A stretch of 64,000 nt of DNA. Source: Patescibacteria group bacterium (GTDB lineage: Bacteria; Patescibacteriota; Patescibacteriia; CAIXNZ01). Made by a program: the position numbers and the translations under genes. The DNA lies in assembly GCA_041651155.1 (NCBI GenBank), contig JBAZJU010000005.1:2653-66652 (forward strand), read 5' to 3'. Below are positions 37,553 to 47,619 of this stretch, in pieces. The first letter of the stretch is position 1. The number at the start of each line of letters is the position of its first letter. The notes under the pieces were generated by a model. It was not told where the DNA came from and did no database searches. It saw only the letters and a list, made by a program, of their open reading frames with translations.

Positions 37553-38074
37553 ATGAAAAAAATTATAAAGATCGCCTTGTTAATAATTTTTATTATCTTA
37601 TTAGTCTGTTTGTTTCTCTATATATATTTTATAAATCTGAATAAAGTTGTTGTTTTCGAAAATAATCAAAAGGCAGAATATTATGTGCATGAATATTGGG
37701 TATATAAAGAGATTAAGGATAATAAATCATATATCGATATAGCATTAGGACTTCATAGGCCTTGGTCGATTAAGTATCTTCATACCCTACCCAAATATGA
37801 GAGAGTTGCAGTTTTACATTTAGTTTTTAATGGTAATATCTTAGAAGAATCTAAATATTTTTTTCTTAAGCTTTCTAGCCTAAATGATAAAGATAAAATA
37901 ATAAATTTGGTAGGTGTCGCGCAGCTAAATAATACCTATTTATCGAATATAAATTTAGAGGGGAAGGAAGATAATAATTCACAAGTGGGGTACTATTTGA
38001 AAAAAATTAATTTAATCAATGCTAAAAGCATTGATGTCGATGCGGAATCATATTGGTTTGCTCAAGGAAAATAA
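37553..38074 (+). CDS. Candidate immunity protein 4 (N-terminal TM, 173 aa)
   Basis: Directly downstream of cassette 3. Hydrophobic N-terminus. Confidence 0.5.
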   Translation: MKKIIKIALLIIFIILLVCLFLYIYFINLNKVVVFENNQKAEYYVHEYWVYKEIKDNKSYIDIALGLHRPWSIKYLHTLPKYERVAVLHLVFNGNILEESKYFFLKLSSLNDKDKIINLVGVAQLNNTYLSNINLEGKEDNNSQVGYYLKKINLINAKSIDVDAESYWFAQGK

Positions 38075-38075
38075 T

Positions 38076-38483
38076 ATGAAACGAATTTTTTGCATCATTT
38101 TTATCCTTTTATTCCTATTCTCTCCATTGGCTGTTTTCGCTCAAGCAGAGAGCTTTCCTGCACCTATTGATACCCAAGTCTGTGTTATTCCAGTCTATCT
38201 TTTTGCTACCCAAGAAGGGGGTGCTTTAGCCATCACGCCAGTCGCCGAAAACCAGTATTTATATGCTTATGCTACATCTGCTGAAAAAGTGGAAACTGGC
38301 CTCATAAACCCCACAGGAACTGCGACAGCAGACCAATCCTCAACAGAACTCGGAGACCAGCCAATCATTCCCATGGGTTTGCTTTTGGTCGCTGTGGGTT
38401 CTGATCCTGATGCCGTAAACTCATTCTTGGAAACTGGAGAGGGTGTTGGCCAGCGGATTTTCACGGGGCACATAGCAAACTAA
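38076..38483 (+). CDS. Small secreted protein (signal peptide MKRIFCIIFILLFLFSPLAVFAQA) whose last codons (...RIFTGHIAN*) are a remnant of the RHS core
   Basis: 17-nt exact match TTCACGGGGCACATAGC to the cassette-3 core (FTGHIADDSTT). Most likely a fourth, deleted cassette. Confidence 0.4.
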   Translation: MKRIFCIIFILLFLFSPLAVFAQAESFPAPIDTQVCVIPVYLFATQEGGALAITPVAENQYLYAYATSAEKVETGLINPTGTATADQSSTELGDQPIIPMGLLLVAVGSDPDAVNSFLETGEGVGQRIFTGHIAN

Positions 38484-38587
38484 TGCTAAAAAGAGATTCC
38501 TTTTCTGGGGGTCTTTTTTTGTTTTCTTAAAATCTCAAATTATGCTAAAATTAAAATAGGATTAAATATTATTAAATCCTTTATTTT

Positions 38588-40258
38588 ATGTTATCCAGCC
38601 AGAAATTAAGAGAGATTTTAGTTAAGCCGGGCTATATTAAAGAGCTTGATTTTAGCACAGCCCAAAAAGAGGCCAAGCTCAAGAAATTAAGCCTGGAACA
38701 GGTTTTGGTTGATAATGGCTTAATCAAGGATGAGAATTTGGGGCAGTTAATTGCCGAAGCTCTGCAATTTCGCTATGTGAGTTTGGCCAAAAAGACTATT
38801 AAACCGGAAATTTTAAAGATTATTCCGGAAATTGTGGCAAAAAAACAGCTGATCATTGCTTTTGATAAAAATAAAGACGGTCTGTTTGTGGCTATGAATA
38901 ATCCTGATAATTTGCAGTTCCAGCATTTTTTGGCCAAAAAAACTGGGGATAAAATAATTCTATTTTACGCCACCCAAAAAGATATTTTAAAATCTGCCAG
39001 GCTTTATCACAAAGAACTTAAGGAGGAATTTTCAGATTTGATTTTAAAGCATTTAAAACAGGTTAAAACAGGCGGTGATGAAAAATTGCCGATCATTAAA
39101 ATTGTTGAGTCCCTGATAAAATACGGTTATGAAAACCGCGCCTCAGATATTCATATTGAACCGCATGACAATGACACTCTTATTCGTTTTAGAATTGACG
39201 GAGTTTTGCATGATGTCTTATCAATTCCTAAAGAATATCATGACATGATCGTGTCCAGAATAAAAATCATGTCTAATTTACGCACTGATGAACACAAAAG
39301 CAGCCAGGATGGCAAATGCAGATTTAATTTAGCTGATGAAAAATTGGATATCAGAGTTTCTGTTGTGCCAATCATTGAGGGCGAGAAAATTGTGCTGCGC
39401 TTACTCTCCAAAAAAACCAAAGAATTAAATTTAGAAAATTTGGGTTTAAGTAAAGCTGAAGCTAAAAAAGTAACAGAAGCCATCAAAAATCCTTATGGCA
39501 TGATTTTGGCAACTGGCCCGACCGGATCTGGCAAAACCACGACTTTGTATGCGATTTTAAAGATTTTAAATAACCGCGATGTTAATATCTCCACAATTGA
39601 AGATCCCGTTGAATATGATGTTGAAGGCATTAACCAGATTCAGGTGGATAGCGAAACCAATCTGACTTTTGCCAAAGGCTTAAGATCTATTTTAAGGCAG
39701 GATCCTGATATTATTATGGTAGGTGAAATCAGAGATGAGGAAACAGCGAAAATTGCCATTAATTCAGCCATGACCGGGCATTTAGTATTATCAACTCTGC
39801 ATACTAATGATGCCGCCACAACTTTGCCTCGTTTGCTGGATATGAAAGTTAAACCGTATTTAATTGCTTCTACCGTGTTAATTGCTATTGCCCAGCGTCT
39901 GGTCAGAAAAATTTGCCCCAATTGCATTAAAAGTTATAGCTTACCAAGCGAGGAATTTTTAAAATTAGTTCCCAAAACTATTGGTTCAAAATTTACTGAT
40001 GGCAAAACAAAAATTACTCTTTATAAAGGCGAGGGCTGTAAGTTGTGCCATAAAACAGGTTATTTGGATCGGCTGGGAATTTTTGAAGTTTTAACAGTCA
40101 GTCCGGCCATTCGTGATTTAATTGTAAAAAAAGCTACAAGCCAGCAAATTAAAAAACAGGCAATTGATGAAGGCATGGTCACCATGTTAGAAAACGGGCT
40201 TGAAAAAGCTCTTTTGGGCTTAACCACTCTGGAAGAGGTTTTAAGAATAATAAAATAA
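38588..40258 (+). CDS. pilB: Type IV pilus / T2SS assembly ATPase (GspE/PilB family)
   Basis: 556 aa. Walker A GPTGSGKTTT. Asp box and His box. C-terminal CxxC...CxxC zinc motif. Confidence 0.9.
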   Translation: MLSSQKLREILVKPGYIKELDFSTAQKEAKLKKLSLEQVLVDNGLIKDENLGQLIAEALQFRYVSLAKKTIKPEILKIIPEIVAKKQLIIAFDKNKDGLFVAMNNPDNLQFQHFLAKKTGDKIILFYATQKDILKSARLYHKELKEEFSDLILKHLKQVKTGGDEKLPIIKIVESLIKYGYENRASDIHIEPHDNDTLIRFRIDGVLHDVLSIPKEYHDMIVSRIKIMSNLRTDEHKSSQDGKCRFNLADEKLDIRVSVVPIIEGEKIVLRLLSKKTKELNLENLGLSKAEAKKVTEAIKNPYGMILATGPTGSGKTTTLYAILKILNNRDVNISTIEDPVEYDVEGINQIQVDSETNLTFAKGLRSILRQDPDIIMVGEIRDEETAKIAINSAMTGHLVLSTLHTNDAATTLPRLLDMKVKPYLIASTVLIAIAQRLVRKICPNCIKSYSLPSEEFLKLVPKTIGSKFTDGKTKITLYKGEGCKLCHKTGYLDRLGIFEVLTVSPAIRDLIVKKATSQQIKKQAIDEGMVTMLENGLEKALLGLTTLEEVLRIIK

Positions 40259-40260
40259 AT

Positions 40261-41355
40261 ATGAATGAGGGGAAAGAATTTAAGTATTTAAACTGGCACA
40301 TTAATTTCGGTTTTAATGTGGAAAAGATTTTATTTGCCAAAACTTTAGCCACGATTTTAAATTCAGGCATTAATATCGCTGATGCTTTGCGCATTGTGGA
40401 AGCCCAGTCAGTCGGCCAATTTAAGCTTATTGTGGCTAATGTCAGAAAAGGCGTGGAAAGCGGAGAAAATTTAGCCAAAGCTTTAGCTAAATATCCCAGA
40501 TATTTTAATCCAGTTTATATTGGCTTGGTTAATGTGGGTGAAAAAACAGGGCGTTTAGTGGAATGTTTAAATTATGTGGCCGAGCAGCAGGAAAAAGATC
40601 TGGAATTATCGCGCAAAGTCCAGTCAGCTTCACTTTATCCCATGATTGTCTTTGCGTGCTTAATGGCTCTGGCCGCGCTTTTGAGCTATTATATTTTGCC
40701 CCAGCTGATTGTGGTTTTCAATTCATTTAATATGCCTTTGCCCTGGACCACAAAATTGCTTTTAGCCGTCGCTCAGATTATCAGGGATCATGGGATTTTA
40801 ATTCTAGTTTCAATCTTGGCATTTTTAATTTTTGTCAGGTATTTAGTCAGAACCAAAACAATCAAGCCCTATTGGCAGGCAGCTGGCTTAAGCATTCCTT
40901 TTTTCGGGGAACTGATCAGAAAATTAAACTTAGCGCGTTTTTGCTTGATTATTGGCGTGCTTTTAAAAAGCGGTATCCCGCTAAATGAAGCTCTTGATAT
41001 CGGCATTGAGAGTTTAAGCAATGAAGTTTACAAAATTCAGCTTAAAAAAGTTAAAGCCAGAGTAGTGGCCGGATTATCATTGGGCGAAGCAATTGAAAAT
41101 TTAAATAAGCCTGATTTATTTCCCAAAGTAGTGTCGCAAATGATTAGCGTAGGTGAGCGCACAGGCACTTTGGAAAAAAATATTTTATACTTGTCTGATT
41201 TTTACCAAAAAGATGTTGATAATATCAGCAAGAATTTATCCAATGTGCTGGAGCCGATTTTATTGATTGCGGTCGGATTAGTCGTGGCCTTAATTGGCGT
41301 GGCAATAATCTCCCCAATTTACGAATTTATTTCAACACTTAGCCACTCGATATAA
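40261..41355 (+). CDS. pilC: Type IV pilus platform protein (GspF/PilC family)
   Basis: 364 aa with duplicated GspF domains; polytopic. Confidence 0.85.
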   Translation: MNEGKEFKYLNWHINFGFNVEKILFAKTLATILNSGINIADALRIVEAQSVGQFKLIVANVRKGVESGENLAKALAKYPRYFNPVYIGLVNVGEKTGRLVECLNYVAEQQEKDLELSRKVQSASLYPMIVFACLMALAALLSYYILPQLIVVFNSFNMPLPWTTKLLLAVAQIIRDHGILILVSILAFLIFVRYLVRTKTIKPYWQAAGLSIPFFGELIRKLNLARFCLIIGVLLKSGIPLNEALDIGIESLSNEVYKIQLKKVKARVVAGLSLGEAIENLNKPDLFPKVVSQMISVGERTGTLEKNILYLSDFYQKDVDNISKNLSNVLEPILLIAVGLVVALIGVAIISPIYEFISTLSHSI

Positions 41356-41820
41356 ATGACAAATAAATTGCCAATTTCAAAATTTCAAACTTCAAATCCA
41401 GGATTTACTTTAATAGAATTATTAATTGTGATTGGAATAGTAGTTTTACTGGCTGCTATTTTTTTGCCTATTGGCCTGAATTTTTATCAGATTCAGGTTT
41501 TAAATCAAACCAATGACCAGGTCATCTGGCTTTTAAAACAAGCCAGAAGCAGTGCTTTAAGCCAAAAGAATAATTCTGCATTTGGCCTTTATTATAATAA
41601 TCAGCAATTAACTTTATATCAGGGCGCAAGTTATGAGGCAAGGCAAGTAGATTTTGATGTAAATTATAAAATACCCAGTAGTGTTAAAATTGAGGGCTTA
41701 AGCGATATCAATTTTAGTTTGGCTCAAGGTTTGCCCGGCCAAACTGGCACAATAATTTTAAGCTCTAATCAAATTACCAAAACAATTACGCTTAATTCAA
41801 TCGGTCTGATTGATTATTAA
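41356..41820 (+). CDS. Prepilin-type N-terminal cleavage/methylation domain protein (pseudopilin or minor pilin)
   Basis: G|FTLIELLIVIGIVVLLAAI class III signal. Confidence 0.75.
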   Translation: MTNKLPISKFQTSNPGFTLIELLIVIGIVVLLAAIFLPIGLNFYQIQVLNQTNDQVIWLLKQARSSALSQKNNSAFGLYYNNQQLTLYQGASYEARQVDFDVNYKIPSSVKIEGLSDINFSLAQGLPGQTGTIILSSNQITKTITLNSIGLIDY

Positions 41821-41822
41821 TT

Positions 41823-43262
41823 ATGAAAAATAAAAATGGTTTTACTCTAATTGAAATTCTGCTGGCAGCGGCTATTTTTTTAATTATTTTTTTAGGCGTT
41901 AGTTTTTTAATGCTTGATAATCTTAATTTTAGTTTTAATAATCAGGAAAGAATAAGGGCTGAATTTTTAGCTCAAGAGGGAATTGAAGCCACTAAGGCGA
42001 TTGCCGATAATAATTTTAAGGATTTAACTGATGGGAGCCATGGTTTGGCTATAAATAATAATCAGTGGCAGCTGACTGATGCAGCCGAAAACCTTAATCA
42101 AACATTAAAAAATGGCCAGCGCCAGATTATTATTAGTGATCAGGACACGAATTTAAAAAAAGTTGAAAGTTTAGTGACCTGGCAGGATATTAAAAATAAT
42201 TCTAAAGAAACTTCATTGCTGACTTTTTTAAGCAACTGGCAGAGAACTTTAGGCGGGGATTGGTCAGAGCCGGTTGTGGATGGCTTTTATGCCATGGTCT
42301 CAGAAGCACGTTCTGTTTTCCATGTGGGCAATTACACTTATATCGGCGCTTTGAATTTTAAAGATGAGCCTGATTTTTATGTTTTTGACACTGCTGATTT
42401 AAAAAATCCCGCCTTAGTTGCCACTTTGGATTTAGGCGCTAACACTTGGGCCACGATTAATTCTATTTATGTGGTTGGCAATTATGCGTATTTAGCCACT
42501 AATATAAATGGCCGGGAATTTGTTGTTTTAGACATTAGCGATCCGCAAAATCCAATTGATGTTGCTCATCAGACAACGCAAACCTTAACCGACGCCACAG
42601 GCATCCATGTTTCAGGCGATTATGCTTATCTGACTAATTTATGGAAAAAGAACCAAAAACAGCTTTATGTTTTTAATATTGCCAATCCATTAAACCCCGA
42701 TTTTGTGTCCAGAATTGACCTGGCTGACTCAGCCTATAATTTAACTTTCCAGAATAATTACGTTTTTGTGGCTAGCGGCAAAGATGACCAGGAATTGCAG
42801 ATTATTGACGTGGCTGATCCTCAAGGCTCTACTCTCTATACCAGCTTAGATTTGCCAGGCGCAAATGATGCTTATGATGTTTATGTTAAAGATAATAAAG
42901 GTTATCTGGTTAGAGCCGCAGGCACTGACAGTTCTGAATTTTACATTTTAGATTTAAGTAATTTGCAATCCCCGCAAATAATCAGTTCCTTAAAATTAGC
43001 TTCTAATTTCAGGACAGTTTATGCTTTTGGCCCGGCCTCGGCCGAGACGGGCGATAAATATATGTTTGTAGGCGGTGATCTGGATAAAGAGCAATTTCAG
43101 GTCATTGATATTTCAGATTTAAATAATCCCAGAGTAATTTCAACTTTAGATATTAATGGCATTGTTTATGATTTGGTGACTGATGATGTGGCAGCCTACC
43201 TAGCTGTGGGCGGCGGGTTAACAGGCTTTAATGGTTTAAAGATAGTGGTACCGGGGCCATAA
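41823..43262 (+). CDS. Prepilin-like protein with a C-terminal LVIVD-type beta-propeller repeat domain (large minor pilin or tip adhesin)
   Basis: GFTLIEILLAAAIF signal. Repeated YVVGNYAYLATN / DVADPQ / DISDLNNP motifs (six to seven blades). Confidence 0.7.
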   Translation: MKNKNGFTLIEILLAAAIFLIIFLGVSFLMLDNLNFSFNNQERIRAEFLAQEGIEATKAIADNNFKDLTDGSHGLAINNNQWQLTDAAENLNQTLKNGQRQIIISDQDTNLKKVESLVTWQDIKNNSKETSLLTFLSNWQRTLGGDWSEPVVDGFYAMVSEARSVFHVGNYTYIGALNFKDEPDFYVFDTADLKNPALVATLDLGANTWATINSIYVVGNYAYLATNINGREFVVLDISDPQNPIDVAHQTTQTLTDATGIHVSGDYAYLTNLWKKNQKQLYVFNIANPLNPDFVSRIDLADSAYNLTFQNNYVFVASGKDDQELQIIDVADPQGSTLYTSLDLPGANDAYDVYVKDNKGYLVRAAGTDSSEFYILDLSNLQSPQIISSLKLASNFRTVYAFGPASAETGDKYMFVGGDLDKEQFQVIDISDLNNPRVISTLDINGIVYDLVTDDVAAYLAVGGGLTGFNGLKIVVPGP

Positions 43263-43324
43263 TTTTCATTCAGCCGAAGAGGCGATTTGCAAATCGCCTC
43301 TTCGGCTGTGGAATTTTTAATTAT

Positions 43325-44395
43325 ATGGATAATAAACCTAAAAAACAAAAAGGCTTTAGTTTGATTGAGCTGATTTTATATCTTGGGCTTTTGGCTTTTC
43401 TTTTTTCAGTGTTATTTGTTTTTTTCCAGCAGACGATTTATGCAAAGGCCAAAATAAATGATAAGATTGAACTGGTTGATAGCGGCCAGTTTGCCTTAAA
43501 TAAAATTGTTTGGTATCTCAAGCAGGCTGAGAGTGTAAATTCACCAGCCATTGGTCAGAGCCAAAATACCTTATCTCTAAATTTGGCTGACCAAACACAA
43601 AACCCAATAGAATTTTTGCTGGAAAATAATGTTTTATTAATGAAAATTAGTTCTAATCAAACTGTGGCGCTGACAAGCAGTAGAATTAAAGTTAATCAAA
43701 TTACGTTTTCAAATTTTGCTTTTTCCGCCAATAGTCCAATTATCCAAATACAAATGGAATTAGCCAGTGCAAGTCAGCTTTGGAAAAATCAGCCGATTAA
43801 GCTGCAGACAAGCGTTAATATATCCCATTTGGGCGCTGGGGATGAAGAATTGGGCGGAGAGCAATGTTCGGAAACAGAAATTATTCTGCAACCAACCGGT
43901 AATATAATCGCGCCAAAAGGCGATTTGGAATTAAAAGTAGTTGGTTCAGAAATCACTTATGGAGCTGGCGGTCCGCAAGTTGATGTTGATTCTAAGATCT
44001 GGCTAGATAACAATTTGCTGACTTTATTCGGCGGTGAGCCAGTGAATGGCGGCGAGCTATACACAGCTAGTTTATCTGCCCGGACCAATGTAGCGGTCAG
44101 AGCTCATGCGCAATACAGAACTATCTTCAGCCAATATTATGATTCAAACACAGGCTCCCCTCATGTGAAAGTTTTAAAAGATGGGGATGATTTGCCAAAC
44201 ACGCCTGTTTTTGGCAATCAGACTCCTTTACCCGCACTTTTGGCGCCCTTTATAGATGCAAATAGGAAAATCAGCATTTTAGATAAGCAAATTTTGATGC
44301 TTTTTGAATTTGGCGATTTAAATTCTGCTGCTGCTGATTTTCAGGATCTGGTCGTCTTATTTACTTTTACTCCTGATAATTCAATCTGCAATTAA
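43325..44395 (+). CDS. Prepilin-like minor pilin (356 aa)
   Basis: KGFSLIELILYLGLLAFLF N-terminal class III signal. Confidence 0.7.
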   Translation: MDNKPKKQKGFSLIELILYLGLLAFLFSVLFVFFQQTIYAKAKINDKIELVDSGQFALNKIVWYLKQAESVNSPAIGQSQNTLSLNLADQTQNPIEFLLENNVLLMKISSNQTVALTSSRIKVNQITFSNFAFSANSPIIQIQMELASASQLWKNQPIKLQTSVNISHLGAGDEELGGEQCSETEIILQPTGNIIAPKGDLELKVVGSEITYGAGGPQVDVDSKIWLDNNLLTLFGGEPVNGGELYTASLSARTNVAVRAHAQYRTIFSQYYDSNTGSPHVKVLKDGDDLPNTPVFGNQTPLPALLAPFIDANRKISILDKQILMLFEFGDLNSAAADFQDLVVLFTFTPDNSICN

Positions 44396-44406
44396 ATTAT
44401 GATATT

Positions 44407-44817
44407 ATGAATAAGCCAGGGTTAGTAGAAAAAGTGAAAAACGGCTATATTGCTCTAATTTCTTTAATTATTATTGGCGCCATTGTTTTAATCTCTGTTT
44501 TGGCTTTAACTTTTATCACCATAAGCCAGACCCAGAATATGATCAGCCAGAATCAAAGTTTAAAAAGTTATTATCTGGCCAATGCTTGCGCTCATTATGC
44601 GATTTTGCAATTACAAGACAATGTTAGTTATGGCGGAAATGAAACAATTGAAGTTGATAGCTACAATTGCCAGGTTGAGCAGATTTTAGACAGTGGCAAT
44701 GCCAATCGGATCATTAATACAAGCAGCAACGTAGCTAGCAGCAATGCAAAAATTCAGGTAATTATTTCCCAGCTTAAGCCCAGGACAATCATAAGTTCCT
44801 GGCAGCAAATTTATTAA
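44407..44817 (+). CDS. Pilus-associated membrane protein (PilX/ComGG-like?), N-terminal TM
   Basis: NGYIALISLIIIGAIVLISVLA hydrophobic anchor. Sits in the pilus operon. No canonical G-F-T-L-I-E motif. Confidence 0.4.
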   Translation: MNKPGLVEKVKNGYIALISLIIIGAIVLISVLALTFITISQTQNMISQNQSLKSYYLANACAHYAILQLQDNVSYGGNETIEVDSYNCQVEQILDSGNANRIINTSSNVASSNAKIQVIISQLKPRTIISSWQQIY

Positions 44818-44824
44818 AAATAGT

Positions 44825-45913
44825 ATGTCAATTTTCCAGCAAATCAAAACCAAATTCCAAGCTAAATTTCCCATGGTGGCTGTTGATATTTCTGATAATT
44901 CCATGGAGTTAATGCAGTTAAAATCAGGGCCGGCAAAACCGCAGATTAGATCATCTTATCGCCAGGTGCTGAAAGCCAATTTAGTAAAAAATGGGGAAAT
45001 TATTGAGATTGACAAAGCAGCTGAAATTTTAAAACAGGCTTTTAATTCAGCTTTGCCAAAATTTAGCACAAAGTTTTGCCTTCTATCTTTGCCTGATAAG
45101 CAGTCATATTTTTTATCCCTGCATCTTAAAAGCCGGGCTGGAAATCTGGGAGATAAAATCAAGAAGTTGGCTCAGGAAAAATTGCCAGTTGATTTGGCAA
45201 CTTGTTATTTTGATTATTCGCTGACTCGTTCTGATAAAGAAGGCCAGGAAGTTTTTTTCGCAGCTGCAAGCAAAGATTTGGTTGAGCAATACCAGGAATT
45301 ATTTACCAAGGCAGGCCTTTATCTGGCAGCCATGGAATTTGAATCAGCTTCATTAGCCCGTGCCTTGTTGTCTGAAGAAGATTTGGTTAAGCCAATTTTG
45401 ATTGTTGATTTGGGGGCAGTGGCAACTGATATAATTCTGCGCGATCAGCATGGTTTTCGCGATCAGCTTAATTTGGTTTTTGGCGGTTATTATTTGACCA
45501 AAAAAATAGAAGAAAATTTAAATCTGGAATTTAAAGAAGCAGAACAGCTTAAGAAAAAAGAAGGCTTGAATCTGCGCCAAAACAATCTGGATAAAATTTT
45601 AGCTTTGAGTTTTAACGACTTATGCTCGGAAATTACCAATATAAAATCAGCTTATGAAAAACGGACAGGCCAGAAAATTGAAAAACTAATTTTAGCAGGG
45701 GGCACGAGCTTGCTTGCGGGCTTGCCGGAATTGTTGCATCAAAAATTACCCGGCTTACAGGTTGAAATGGGAGATCCAACCAAGCAATTAGATTTTTATG
45801 CAAAGAACCTAAAAAATGATAAAATATTATATAGCAATGTCATTGGCCTGGCTTTAAGGGGGCTCAATAAAGAAAGTCTGAACCAGGGCATTAACTTAAT
45901 TAAAATTAATTAA
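44825..45913 (+). CDS. pilM: Type IV pilus assembly protein PilM-like (actin/FtsA-like ATPase fold)
   Basis: 362 aa. VAVDISDNSMELMQL N-terminal motif and domain layout typical of PilM. Operon context. Confidence 0.6.
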   Translation: MSIFQQIKTKFQAKFPMVAVDISDNSMELMQLKSGPAKPQIRSSYRQVLKANLVKNGEIIEIDKAAEILKQAFNSALPKFSTKFCLLSLPDKQSYFLSLHLKSRAGNLGDKIKKLAQEKLPVDLATCYFDYSLTRSDKEGQEVFFAAASKDLVEQYQELFTKAGLYLAAMEFESASLARALLSEEDLVKPILIVDLGAVATDIILRDQHGFRDQLNLVFGGYYLTKKIEENLNLEFKEAEQLKKKEGLNLRQNNLDKILALSFNDLCSEITNIKSAYEKRTGQKIEKLILAGGTSLLAGLPELLHQKLPGLQVEMGDPTKQLDFYAKNLKNDKILYSNVIGLALRGLNKESLNQGINLIKIN

Positions 45914-45923
45914 TAAAAACCCT

Positions 45924-46358
45924 ATGAAAAAACAAAAAGGTTTTACGCTGATTGAACTTTTGGTGGTGATTGGCATTATTGCGATTTTGGCAGCGATTGT
46001 GATTATCGCTATTAACCCCGCCCGCCAGTTTGCCTTGGCCAGAAACGCGCAACGCTGGAGCAATGTCAACACGATTATTAACGGTGTCTGGCAATATGGC
46101 GTTGACAATCAAGGCACTTTGCCTGCAACGATTACTGCAACGTCAACCGAAATTTGCAGAACAGGAGCAGCTAGCTGTACTGGGTTAGTGGATTTGTCGG
46201 TTTTGACTGAGAATGGCACTTACGTGGTGGCTATTCCTAATGATCCCAAAGGAGCATCAACCAACGGCACTGGTTATTTTATCAGCACAACCAATGGCCG
46301 CGTGACTGTGACAGCGCCGAGCGCAGAATTAGATGAAACAATTGAAGCTACTCGATAA
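45924..46358 (+). CDS. Type IV (major) pilin
   Basis: KKQKG|FTLIELLVVIGIIAILAAIVIIAINP class III signal. 144 aa. Strong terminator downstream. Confidence 0.8.
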   Translation: MKKQKGFTLIELLVVIGIIAILAAIVIIAINPARQFALARNAQRWSNVNTIINGVWQYGVDNQGTLPATITATSTEICRTGAASCTGLVDLSVLTENGTYVVAIPNDPKGASTNGTGYFISTTNGRVTVTAPSAELDETIEATR

Positions 46359-46371
46359 AACTAAATTTAAG

Positions 46372-46405
46372 AACCGCTTCCCGCATTGCGGGAGGCGGTT
46401 TTTAG
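46372..46405 (+). terminator. Rho-independent terminator after the pilin gene
   Basis: AACCGCTTCCCGC-ATT-GCGGGAGGCGGTTTTT. Confidence 0.65.
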
Positions 46406-46458
46406 TTGACTTTCATATTCAAATATGGTTAAATATTTAACAAGAAAAGGAGGCAATA

Positions 46459-46707
46459 ATGATTATTGAAATAACTCAGGGTAATTGGCATGAAGAATTG
46501 TCAAACATTAAGGGAATGGATAAATATCTGCAAACAACCTTACTGGCAGTTGTCGCGTCACATTTGCATAGGGTTTTACCTCCCTCGTGCGATGAAAAGA
46601 CTTTTGCCGCAAGCTTTAAAGAGATTGAAATAGTAAAAATTGATGGCAAAAGTTACAGAATAATTTTAAAAAACGAGCGTTTAAGACTTGAAGAAGTAAG
46701 CAGCTAA
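46459..46707 (+). CDS. Hypothetical small protein (82 aa)
   Basis: SD AAAGGAGG upstream. Terminator downstream. Confidence 0.45.
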   Translation: MIIEITQGNWHEELSNIKGMDKYLQTTLLAVVASHLHRVLPPSCDEKTFAASFKEIEIVKIDGKSYRIILKNERLRLEEVSS

Positions 46708-46720
46708 TTTTGGATGCAAT

Positions 46721-46750
46721 AAACCCTGCACGCGGATGTGCAGGGTCTTT
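46721..46750. terminator. Bidirectional terminator hairpin shared by convergent genes
   Basis: AAACCCTGCACGCGGATGTGCAGGGTCTTT. Confidence 0.6.
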
Positions 46751-46753
46751 AAA

Positions 46754-47545
46754 TTATTCATGATAGGGATTGATTATTACGCTAGTGCCGATTTTGACAA
46801 AATTTTTATTTAGCCATTCGGCGTCGCTGGTGAAAATCCTGACACAGCCATGGCTCGCATTCATCCCAGGCACGTTCGGACTGCCGTGGAAAGCATAACC
46901 AGCTCTGTGAAAAAACATTGCCCAGGGCATGGGGGCATTATGGAATTTACGGGAACGTGTTTTGGCATTGCCTTTTTTAATAATAGTGAAATTGCCGGTG
47001 ACTGTGTGGCATTGCCTGCCAATATCTGAGCAATAATCCTTACCTCCAACGCCAGGTCCCCAACTCACAAGATTGCCTGTCTCATCATAGGCTGCCCAGG
47101 CCAAAAGCTCCGGATCCCAAATTAGGATTTTTTCATCCATGACGCCTATATTTTGGGGGAAAGGAGAAAAATCCATGAAAGTTTTGTTAGCCATATTATT
47201 GGGCACGGCAATGACCATTTCTTTTTCCAGCTTGATATTAAGACGGTTGACTTTCATGACTATCTCCCGTTCTCGCTCGTCCGGCCAGAGTTCTGCCCAT
47301 GTCTGCGGCACTTGGCTCTCAATTTTTTTAAGGCCATTTTTTGTTCTGATTTCTTTGATCACCGTCTTTTCAGCGATGGCGATACAATGGAAATCAGGGT
47401 TGTTGTTGCAAAGAGTTTCACCGAACGGTTTATTTTTTTCCAGGCTCCTGGCCGATGCGGTAAAGAGTAAAGAGGCCAGAAAAATTAAAGCGAACACGTA
47501 AAACTTCTTTACAAACATAAGCTTTTCCTCCTTTGTTGCGTACAT
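46754..47545 (-). CDS. L,D-transpeptidase (YkuD domain) with signal peptide
   Basis: HGSPNVPGMNASHGCVRIF catalytic motif. N-terminal hydrophobic leader. Confidence 0.8.
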   Translation of the reverse strand: MYATKEEKLMFVKKFYVFALIFLASLLFTASARSLEKNKPFGETLCNNNPDFHCIAIAEKTVIKEIRTKNGLKKIESQVPQTWAELWPDEREREIVMKVNRLNIKLEKEMVIAVPNNMANKTFMDFSPFPQNIGVMDEKILIWDPELLAWAAYDETGNLVSWGPGVGGKDYCSDIGRQCHTVTGNFTIIKKGNAKTRSRKFHNAPMPWAMFFHRAGYAFHGSPNVPGMNASHGCVRIFTSDAEWLNKNFVKIGTSVIINPYHE

Positions 47546-47619
47546 TTTTCGTTAAGTTGAAAAGGGACAGGGTTGATTAAAATGTTAGCTTAAAATAAGG
47601 CTAAAGTCAAGCCTGATGT

